The notes under the pieces: generated by a model
The model's database searches: none
Told to the model about the DNA's origin: nothing
What the model saw: only the letters and a program-made list of their open reading frames with translations
Part shown: in pieces, positions 6,352 to 15,200 of the stretch
Position numbering within the stretch: the stretch's first letter is position 1
Layout of the letters: every line of letters begins with the position of its first letter
Position numbers and translations under genes: made by a program
NCBI GenBank assembly: GCA_002794465.1
Contig: MTSL01000041.1
Coordinates: 157,479 to 173,390, forward strand
DNA: 15,912 nucleotides
Source of the DNA: Paramicrosporidium saccamoebae KSL3
Taxonomy: Eukaryota > Fungi > Cryptomycota
Reading direction: 5' to 3'

Positions 6352-6937
6352 CTATGAAAGAACTCCAAGGTAATCCTCTTTAACAGTTCCAATGGCAAAC
6401 ATTTCAGTGGCGTCAATTCGGGTTCCAACAATTTTTAAACGAACCATATCGCCTGGCGAGATTTTCACATTTTGCTCCTCAGACATGTAACATGGCGGCA
6501 CTGAACCTGGCTCAAATTTGAAATCACCAGGAATCAACTACAACTTTAACCCCCACGAGTGTGTATTACGTGATTGGAAACAAAAACTTGGAGTGGCCCA
6601 AGGTTGGCAAAGAAGCCCATTTTGTTCACTGTGGCCACAATTGCATCCACCGTCTCATTTTTGTACGGCTTCAGCACCACCGCTGTATATCGTACCGCAA
6701 AGGCTACACTTCCAAAGCTATCCTGCACGACACCACTATCGATATGGTCGACAGCCACGATGGCCACTATGTAGCCGTAACGACCGTTGCAGGTGCCCTC
6801 TACTTGACGGTAAAGCTGCAGACGCAAGTGGTCACGTAATTGTGGACCTAGGAATTTGGGCTCCAGTGTTATGGTGTGCTCTAGCTCCTTCTAATAAAAA
6901 TTAGAAGACAGGCTGGCGATGATACGAGAAAGAACAT
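6352..6937 (-). CDS. RPB7: RNA polymerase II subunit RPB7, join(6937..6926,6890..6570,6537..6352), 172 aa
   Basis: Spliced product MFFL|KELEHTITLEPKFLGPQLRDHLRLQLYRQVEGTCNGRYGYIV...VFVSNH|LIPGDFKF...FAIGTVKEDYLGVLS has Rpb7 motifs and the expected length. Confidence 0.96.
6538..6569 (-). other. Spliceosomal intron, 32 nt (RPB7 intron 2)
   Basis: GTAATACACACTCGTGGGGGTTAAAGTTGTAG; phase 0, removal restores VSNH|LIP. Confidence 0.92.
6891..6925 (-). other. Spliceosomal intron, 35 nt (RPB7 intron 1)
   Basis: GTATCATCGCCAGCCTGTCTTCTAATTTTTATTAG with a CTAAT branch-like motif; removal restores MFFL|KEL. Confidence 0.92.
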
Positions 6938-6979
6938 CCTAGTGCCACAACCCTTGTAATGTAATGGAGGTAATAGAGA

Positions 6980-7074
6980 TATTTATTCGCTACTTATATT
7001 CGCTATTTGCTCGCCATTCATTCAATAGCTGTCCAGTGTTCGCCCGATAATATGCGAATAAATAGCCTTTGTAA
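6980..7074. repeat. 11-bp perfect inverted repeat (73-nt spacer) plus direct repeat TATTCGCTA x2 in the RPB7/Pumilio divergent region
   Basis: TATTTATTCGC at 6980-6990 and GCGAATAAATA at 7064-7074; TATTCGCTA at 6984 and 6997. Confidence 0.6.
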
Positions 7075-7257
7075 GAGTACTGCCTCTCAGAATTGCTCAA
7101 TGTGGCAACAGACAAACCATTTATTTTGCCAGCTGGGCTGTAACTTGCCATATTATCATGGACTAGACAACTTAAAAACCGCTTTCAAATTAGAATGAGC
7201 AGCAGTAGGAATTTCCATCTGCTTTACAGAATAATCACAGTGTATCATATTGCGATA

Positions 7258-7267
7258 ATGATTGGCT
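7258..7267 (-). promoter_or_regulatory. CCAAT box upstream of the Pumilio gene
   Basis: ATGATTGGCT (AGCCAATCAT on the minus strand), ~100 nt before ATG 7366. Confidence 0.5.
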
Positions 7268-7365
7268 TGGGCCTCTAGGCGCGCAGGCCTGGCAGTACCG
7301 CAGCCGCCACCGTACCCATACCTGGTCAATCCATCCATCCTGTACCATACACCAACCGACCTCAA

Positions 7366-9409
7366 ATGAATCCTCAGGGATATGTCGCAGGGTCGGGCGA
7401 CACTTACACTATGCCACAACCCAGCAAGTCGCGCAGCAAAGTACATTTTGCATGTTGCCTCACACCTTTGTAGTTTGTGGACTTTTTGGCTGGTGATAGA
7501 GATTTAGCGCCGAGTTCGGGTGTCGAGCCAAGCCGGTCTTGTTCAGCACCACCCGCCGAACGGCTATTCATGCCAGCGCCGATGGAATCTTTGCAGGAGG
7601 ATGACCCTCGGCTGGACCCCACGTATCCTGCATTTTTCCATTCCCACAGTCGTCTTGATCCACGTCTCCCGCCTCCATTCTATTCTCCAGGCCAGTCTTG
7701 GCAGCAATTATGGCCACTATCCTCGCTCGGTCCCGCAGGATCGTCGCAGTTGGCAATGCTGGATGGGGTGGGTGGAAATGACGCAGACCTTGACCATGCC
7801 TCAGCGCCAGCGAGACAATCGTTGGTGGACCGAATTCAGGCAGACTTTCCTCGTACTCCATCGCCCGTCTACGCCAACACACTGCGAGCGTTACGGCATT
7901 CAAAGGAAAATTTGAGTTCTCTGCATTCAGCCACTGGTGCGGAGCAGAGCACTGATGATTTCTTGACCTTTTCTATGGACCGGTTAGCGCTTGAGGAGGA
8001 GAGACGGACATTGAAAGCAGTCCAAAGACAAGGAAACCAACCGAGTGCATCTTCCAGCGCCGAGTTTGAATGGAACCGACAGGATGGAACTCTGTTTGGT
8101 GCGCAGAATCCTCGCACCGCCAGTGGCGTTTCAATTTCCCTTGGCGCTCTTGGAAAGGGACGTGGCAGCGAACAGAATGCAGCACGACCACCCATGTTGG
8201 CTGAAGATATCGGCTTTGGAATGATTGCACCCGGAGGTCCTATTCCCCTCAACTCGTCGCCATTCCTCCCCGCTGCTGGCAACCGACAGGCCAGTTTACT
8301 CGAGGAATTTCGTGCCAATAGACTTCGGAAATTAGAGCTGCAAGACATTATTGGGCATGTGGTAGACTTTAGTAGCGACCAGCATGGTTCTCGATTCATC
8401 CAACAGAAACTAGAAACGGCCAACAATGCAGAACGGAATATTGTGTTTGTGGAAATTATGCCGCAGGCCTTACAGCTGATGACTGATGTTTTTGGAAATT
8501 ACGTGATACAAAAGTTTTTCGAATATGGCGCATTGGATCAGAAGATTGGCCTGTCCAAGACGCTTCAGGGACACGTTCTTTCCCTCTCACTGCAAATGTA
8601 TGGCTGTCGTGTCATCCAAAAGGCGCTGGAGCATCTACCAGCCGAATATCAAGGCAAAATTGTTGCTGAACTCGATGGCCATGTTTTACGGTGCGTAAAG
8701 GACCAGAATGGAAATCACGTGATCCAGAAGTGCATTGAATGCGTTCCCTCGGATGTCGCCCCCTTTGTCATACAATCATTCAAAGGACAAATCTTTACAC
8801 TTGCAACGCATCCATATGGCTGTCGTGTGATCCAGCGGATATTTGAACATGGTGCCGAGATGCAGTCCCGACCCTTGATTGACGAGCTACACCGATTTAC
8901 GACAAATCTTGTGCAGGATCAGTATGGAAACTATGTCGTTCAGCACATTTTGGAAAAGGGCCCCCCAGAGGACAAGCACGAAATTATCAGCAAAGTCAAG
9001 GGAAATGTGCTGACCTTTTCCCGACACAAATTTGCAAGCAATGTGGTGGAAAAGTGTGTTGCTAATGGCAGTCGCTCTGATAGACAAGCGCTCATTGAAG
9101 AGGTCCTGGAACTGTTGCCTGATGGGTACTATTAATATTGCTATGGATCTCATTGATAGGACATTTCCTCTTTTGCTAATGATGCGCGATCAATATGCAA
9201 ACTATGTCGTTCAAAAAATGTTGGACATGGTGGATGGAGAACAGCGGGAATTGCTCCTTTCCCGGATGAAGCCGCATCTGTCCTCGCTGCGGAAATTCAC
9301 CTACGGCAAGCATATCTTGAGCAAAGTTGAAAAGTTACTTGGGTACGCAGTGCCTGAGGCCACTGGCGCAAAGAACGATGCACAGCCGGGTATTGCTCGG
9401 TCACGGTAG
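7366..9409 (+). CDS. PUF3: Pumilio/Puf3-type RNA-binding protein, join(7366..7440,7474..9125,9160..9409), ~658 aa
   Basis: Eight PUF repeats with recognition motifs SRFIQ, NYVIQ, CRVIQ, NHVIQ, CRVIQ, NYVVQ, SNVVE, NYVVQ, and C-terminal [15 protein letters not shown]. Repeat 8 is reached through a 34-nt intron. The first exon is inferred from a 33-nt GT-AG intron and is less certain. Confidence 0.93.
7441..7473 (+). other. Spliceosomal intron, 33 nt (Pumilio intron 1)
   Basis: GTACATTTTGCATGTTGCCTCACACCTTTGTAG; joins an ATG-initiated exon to an ORF lacking a nearby ATG; retention ends in an in-frame TAG. Confidence 0.72.
9126..9159 (+). other. Spliceosomal intron, 34 nt (Pumilio intron 2)
   Basis: GTACTATTAATATTGCTATGGATCTCATTGATAG; phase 2, removal restores DG|[18 protein letters not shown]. 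Confidence 0.9.
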
Positions 9410-9634
9410 ATTGTGCCAACAAGCAAATGTGCAAATGTGACATATGTAACTAGTATACACGCAGTAGTAATGCAAGCGAGTTTTGCCCGTGAGGAGGCGG
9501 TGTGATGAATTGAGTAGTGTAGTGTATTGGGTTGAGTTGTAGTTGCAGTTGTTTGTTGGGAATGTGAGGGATTCGATAGAAAGAATAAGAGTGATTTTAT
9601 TTAAGTTATGTAAAATTCATTTAGACCGTCTGTC

Positions 9635-10720
9635 ATGCGACTTTTCCCAAAGTTCCCGTCTCCGCTGATACAGGGACTATTCAGACGACTTCATGGCTCC
9701 CTTGGGAAAGACTTTGAGTGCAGGGAAGTAGATTTGGAGCCTCTTCAGTTTGATGAGCCTATGGACGACAGGATACGCCCGCAGCTACCCTCTTTCCACG
9801 AATTGTCTTGCGGCGGGTATAATGGACGTCTTGCCGTGGCCTATCGTTCCGCAAACCGGACACAAAACATCCTATCCATCATGGAGACTATGACTGCTGC
9901 AGGCGAACGACCTGCCAGCACCCTCTCGTACAATTACATTTTGTGTGCATTACTCGAGTCCGGTCGACCGAAGGATGCCCTGAGTCTGCTGCGGGAGATG
10001 GAGGTGCGTGGATTGCAACCTGACGTCTTTACATTTGAAATTCTGCTGTTAGAGTTATCAAAGGACTCGGTGATGGCTGTTACTGTTGACGAGCTCTTCC
10101 ATTTGATGCGGGTCAGATACCATTTGGTGCCTACTGGCCTTTGCTGGTATGCTCGTCTCCGCTCTTGGATGAGTCGACGTAATGAGCAACGAGTTTTGCA
10201 ACTTGTGGCCTCCACCCTCTCCCTGCGCATCGATCCCAATCTGTATTGTACTCTGTGCAAATTGGCCCTGAATCGGAACCTGTGGGAGGTGGTAGAATAC
10301 CTTTTTAGTCTGTTTGAGAGCGGCGGGGTTCGATTGACAGCCCAACAGTACTATCGACTATGGCAGACCAGACATGGTCGGATTTCGCCTCGGATGGTGC
10401 CTGCTACACGAACAATTTTTGACCGACTAGATGGATTTTTACTAGATGAAGGCACCTATGTCCGGTTGCTATACTTTTGCTCTCGGATTGGAAGTTCCGT
10501 GTCCGATCTCGCCTTTGTGGCCTTTAGGAAACTCTCCATGATCTACAAAGAGATGGGCGAGACGGCACTGCCTAAGATGTACCTTGAGGCATATGTGGCC
10601 TGTCTGGAGAAGGAGACGGATACACTGTATCAGCGGCCGCCCTACCGGATCGAATCGCGTCTTGATCCCCGACATACCGAACTGGCTCAAAAACTCAGCC
10701 TGCTCCTCAATAAACCCTAG
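9635..10720 (+). CDS. Pentatricopeptide repeat (PPR) protein, probably mitochondrial, 361 aa
   Basis: Canonical 35-aa PPR motif TLSYNYILCALLESGRPKDALSLLREMEVRGLQPD followed by degenerate helical repeats; Arg/Leu-rich, acid-free N-terminus MRLFPKFPSPLIQGLFRRLHGSLG. Confidence 0.85.
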   Translation: MRLFPKFPSPLIQGLFRRLHGSLGKDFECREVDLEPLQFDEPMDDRIRPQLPSFHELSCGGYNGRLAVAYRSANRTQNILSIMETMTAAGERPASTLSYNYILCALLESGRPKDALSLLREMEVRGLQPDVFTFEILLLELSKDSVMAVTVDELFHLMRVRYHLVPTGLCWYARLRSWMSRRNEQRVLQLVASTLSLRIDPNLYCTLCKLALNRNLWEVVEYLFSLFESGGVRLTAQQYYRLWQTRHGRISPRMVPATRTIFDRLDGFLLDEGTYVRLLYFCSRIGSSVSDLAFVAFRKLSMIYKEMGETALPKMYLEAYVACLEKETDTLYQRPPYRIESRLDPRHTELAQKLSLLLNKP

Positions 10721-10819
10721 ACTGTATCCTGTAGTATTGTGGGAGATGGTATAGCTGTCGTGCAGCTAATGATGGGTCTTATAGCCTCAAATATGTACTT
10801 TATTGTTTCTTTATACAGA

Positions 10820-11182
10820 TTAATAAGCTCCGGGACCCCAGGAGTTGGAGGAGTTGGGACTTTGCGGACTGTTATAGCTTGGCCGCTGGGGCTGACTAGT
10901 GCATGAACAGTGAAGCTTCATCTTTCGGCGCTGCTGCTGTCCGAAACGCGATCCCTGACCATATTGCGGGGGTGGCGACTGTCCATATGAAGGGTTTTGT
11001 TGTCCGTACTGTGACGGAGGTTGCTGTCCGTACTGGTAGGAGGGTGGCTGTCCATACTGCGATGATGGCTGTCCGTATGAAGAGCTTGGTGGTTGCCCAT
11101 ATGCAGAATTGGGCGAATATCCCCAGTCGCCAGAAGCATTGGCAAGGGCAAGGGTGCTGATCGCTATAACAAGAAGTTTCAT
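10820..11182 (-). CDS. Secreted low-complexity protein with (S/Q)YGQ(Q)PP repeats, 120 aa
   Basis: ATG at 11182 with signal peptide MKLLVIAISTLALANA; seven YGQ units plus FGQ; C-terminal HCSC. The ORF track's longer start is a non-ATG codon. Confidence 0.8.
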   Translation of the reverse strand: MKLLVIAISTLALANASGDWGYSPNSAYGQPPSSSYGQPSSQYGQPPSYQYGQQPPSQYGQQNPSYGQSPPPQYGQGSRFGQQQRRKMKLHCSCTSQPQRPSYNSPQSPNSSNSWGPGAY

Positions 11183-11208
11183 GATGGCGAGATCCCGTCC
11201 GTGTAGAC

Positions 11209-11216
11209 TATATATA
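11209..11216 (-). promoter_or_regulatory. TATA box upstream of the YGQ-repeat gene
   Basis: TATATATA starting 34 nt upstream of ATG 11182; CCAATCA at 11274-11268. Confidence 0.55.
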
Positions 11217-11388
11217 CTCGGTAGGCGGATCAGATCGTATCCAATGAGATTATCGTATTCCAACGATTGATTGGATAAAGATTGACGACAAGTAAGCGTT
11301 GGCCATTTCAACGTCCAATCAACTGAATGATCGAGACACCAATGCGCGTTGCTCTGAATAGATTTGCTCCTTTAATTACATTATTACA

Positions 11389-11898
11389 CTAGAGGATCGG
11401 TGCAGGATGGCATTTAATTGTTTGCTGTTGTTTTAGCTCAAACTGCCCGGGAGAGATTTCCTTCATGTTGATTGTATGAGTGGTGACCTGACAGTTCATT
11501 GTCCCACCCGTCTGTTGATGCATCTTGGTGGGAGGGCTGGCAAAGACGATTTTTTGTTCACTGGGCACCACCAGATACTGGATATGGTCCGTGTGTTGTG
11601 TGGGTTGAGTCTGAACCAACTGTGGATGTTGAACCTGGACTGACTGTGGGGGTTGAATCTGGACTAACTGTGGGGGTTGAATCTGGACTGACTGCGGGGG
11701 TTGAATCTGGACTAGTTGTGGAGGCTGAATCTGGACTAATTGTGGGGGTTGAGTCTGGACCGGTTGTGAATGCTGGGTTTGGACCAACTGCACGGGTGCA
11801 TCATGATGCATTGATGTTGATGCGACGCCAAAGAGGAAAACTATCGCAAATTCTGCGCTGAGCGCAAGCTGCATCCCAAGTTTGAGATCGAGAATCAT
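11389..11898 (-). CDS. Probable secreted Gln/Pro/Val-rich repeat protein, 169 aa (161 aa if started at the second Met)
   Basis: Hydrophobic segment FAIVFLFGVAS near the N-terminus; 8 x PQLVQIQP-type repeats; C-terminal domain with two Cys (MNCQV...IKCHP). Confidence 0.75.
   Translation of the reverse strand: MILDLKLGMQLALSAEFAIVFLFGVASTSMHHDAPVQLVQTQHSQPVQTQPPQLVQIQPPQLVQIQPPQSVQIQPPQLVQIQPPQSVQVQHPQLVQTQPTQHTDHIQYLVVPSEQKIVFASPPTKMHQQTGGTMNCQVTTHTINMKEISPGQFELKQQQTIKCHPAPIL
11602..11793 (-). repeat. Coding minisatellite, 8 x 24 nt (PQ[L/S]VQIQP)
   Basis: GGTTGAATCTGGACT(A/G)ACTG(T/C)GGG-type units on the + strand. Confidence 0.95.
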
Positions 11899-12200
11899 CT
11901 TTTGTCAATGTCAGACCAAACAGAGTTTTAATAACATCACTATTGGAGCTTGACCTTGCCCATCCAATCACAGCATATCCATAACCAATAGTAAAGTATT
12001 GATGTGTGATTGGTTGGTTAATTTTATTATTATATTGACAGGAACAAAAGGCTGCGTTACTATGGAATGGCTGCTTCTTGCCTATGATAAAACTTTCCCA
12101 TTAAATCAACATCTGATCATAGCTCATTGTATGGTTCATTACCTGAGAGTCCTGCTGATTGGTCCGCCGCGGTATAGTATTCATTTCTGGAGTGACCCAG

Positions 12201-15200
12201 ATGGAGGACAAAACACGTCGGCTTCCTTTGGAGTATGCAAACGTGCTGTCCCAGTGGACGTATCACTGGGTGGGCGCGGTCATGCATGCGGGCGTAAAGT
12301 TGGGAATGTACACTGTCCCCACCAGTCTCACCACATACACCAACACTCGACGGTTCCAAGAGGTGTGGAAGAAGGAGATATGTTGGACGCGTCTGGCCAT
12401 TATGTTTGGGGGAGGGCTCTTTTGGTGGAGCGGCGTACTGGCGTTGGCAGTGGAGATATTGAGCAACAGCAGTACACGGTGCATGCGCAACTTTATTGAC
12501 ACACTAAAGGGGACTGACGAGAGTCAGCGTTATTTCTGGGCAGAGCTGTTGCTTGTAGTATCGCTGGGCCGACGGGTTGCACTGAACCGTTCAATGGAGG
12601 TCATCTCGACGATTGCGTATATGCTACGGGCGGGAGTAATGGGGACAATGTATGAACGTCTGTTGGTAGCACGACGGATGTGGGCAGTAGGAAGCGGCTT
12701 TAACCGTCTGACCGTGGACAGCACCCGCCTGTCAGCACTGTTTCTGTATGTGCATCTGTTCTGGTCGCATCCACTGCGGATTCTGTTGGCCTTTCATACG
12801 GCGTGGGTGATGCAGGGTGTTCCAGCGTTGGCAGGGATAGCCTTTGTCAGTGGTATCATCTGCACATTGTTTTGGATTGCACGTCAAATGCGAATTGTAC
12901 GCCAACAGTTGGCACTTTTAGCCGATCAGCGACTTCAGTTGACCAGTGAAGCACTAACGACGCTTCGGATGGTCAAGACATTATCACTTGAAGAGGTTTT
13001 TGCTCAACGTATCGACTCGATCCGTCGTGTGGAGCTGCGTGGAATTCGTTGGTTAAACACGCTGTTTGCGCTGTCGGCGTCATTGAACTTTTGGTCGCCA
13101 GTCTTTGCCACAACGATTGTGGTGGTGGTGGCGACGCTGCAAGGAGAGATATTGCAGCCGGGAAAGGTATGTGCAGTAGCACGGACATTCCAAGCACTAA
13201 TGGTTCCGTTGTGGATGTTACCAATGATGGTTAATCGACTCATTGCGACGGCCGTCTCAGTGGAACGTATTGATGAATATCTCTCTGTCGATACTGTGGA
13301 GGAGGCTGAAACGACACCAAATCTGATCTTGGATCACGTAGACTTTTCCGACTCGGGTCAGGTGCTGCTCCGCGATATAAAGCTTGATTTGCGTTCCCCG
13401 GGACTGATTGGGGTGACAGGTGGCACAGGGAGTGGAAAGAGTGCATTTCTAACGGGACTGGCAGGATTGTTGGATGACACGGGTCCATATCGTCCTCCAA
13501 TAGAGTTGGGATACTGTCCAATGCCTGCTTGGCTGAAGAGGGACACTGTACAAGAAAATATTCTTTTTGGTCGACCACTTGAGCTGGAATGGTACCAAGT
13601 CGTCCTGTCAGCCTGCGCCCTGACGGAGGAATTGCGTGATGATCAATTAGTTGGCGAGAATGGCGTATTGTTGAGTGGGGGGCAACGTCAGCGAGTGGCT
13701 CTTGCCCGTGCCCTATACGGTCGTCCGCATCTCCTACTGATGGATGATATTCTGTCATCATTGGATCCCCGTATTTCCCGACACGTCTTTGACGCGTGTT
13801 TTTCTGAAAAAGGCATTCTTCCCAATTGTGTTCGACTAATTGTCACCAATGAACAAGAATATCTCTGTCGATGTGACAAGGTGCTATTAGTGTCTGATGG
13901 ACAAATTTCCGAGTTGGTTAAATCTACCGGATCTACTGAACCTACTGAATCTACCGAATCTACCGAATCTACCGCACCTACTAAATCTACTGAATCTACC
14001 GAGTCTACCGAACCTACTGTATCTACCGAATCTACTGAACCTACTGAACCCAACCAGTCCATCGAATTAGCTGAACCGATCGAGTTGATGGAACCCGCTA
14101 CAATCAAGGATCAGAACGAAGTCATTTTGAAGAGCACTCTTAGAGAATTGACTAGCACATTGGTAAGGGCAGTGGGAGGGATAGTGCCCATGGGACTTTT
14201 ATTTTTGGTGGTACTGTGCACTGATTTGAGCAGTTTGGGACGTGACATTATCCTACACAATCGACTGCAATCGGCCGATTCATCGACGCTGAATTTCCTC
14301 CTTACCGTTACGATAATGGGAACTCTTCAAGGGGCACTGACGGCATTCGCTAATCTAACGGCCGTGTTCCTGTGCCATCGCTCGTCCACGCGCATCCATC
14401 AAGAAGCCCTGCAACGCATATTGAGGGCGCGGATGGAGGCGGTGGATGGGGTGCCCACTGGTCGTCTGCTGAACCGTCTGGGTCCCGATTTGGAGACGCT
14501 CGATTATACATTTCCTGAGAAACTGATTGCCTGTATGGGCACCCTCAGCTCCTTCCTCTGCACCATATTGGCCTTTTGGTATTTTGTGCCCCTTTTGTTA
14601 CTCACTTTGCCCATCACTCTGTTAGTAGCAGTGCTGCTGCAACGACGTTTTGCGCGGGTATGGACAGAGTTATTGCGTCTGTCAGGAGCCGCATTGGCGC
14701 CCCTCTCCGCTCTGCTTGCTGAAACGGCAGTTGGTCTCCCCACCCTGCGCATCTTTAATCACACTCCGCATTATCTCCAGCGCTTTATGCGTTTCTGCGA
14801 CCAATACACGTTAATGGCGTATTTAGGCATTGGGGTGCGTCGTTGGATAGCCTTCCGTTGTCATTTAATAGCCATATTGTATTTGGCTGCAATTGTTGTC
14901 TATTGCATTGTGGCCAAGGTCGATGCCAGTACTGCCGGAATGCTGTTAATGTATGCTATGCGCACTGGCGAGTCTATCGAATGGATTGTGAAACAAATTG
15001 CCGAAATGGAACATTGTCTTGTTGCTGTAGAGCGTGTCTCTCTCTATACACGCACCCTCCCTTGCGAGGAATTTGGGGCGGAGGTGGTGGATGGTGGCGA
15101 TATTGTCATTGACAATCTGTCCGTGTCGTATGAAAATGTTCCTGTGCTCCGTCAGATTTCCGTAACCATTAATAACGGATGCAAAATGCTTGTTGTTGGC

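Noticed and set aside
9502-9508. Box C-like GTGATGA in the Pumilio-PPR spacer
   Set aside because: There is no downstream box D (CTGA) or terminal stem, so a snoRNA is not supported.
11499-11861. + strand ORF with VESGLTVG repeats
   Set aside because: It is the shadow of the 24-nt coding repeat. The minus-strand ORF has the signal peptide and an upstream TATA-like element.
11999-12499. 166-aa + strand ORF overlapping the ABC transporter start
   Set aside because: It starts at a non-ATG codon, is out of frame with the well-supported transporter, and has no recognisable features.
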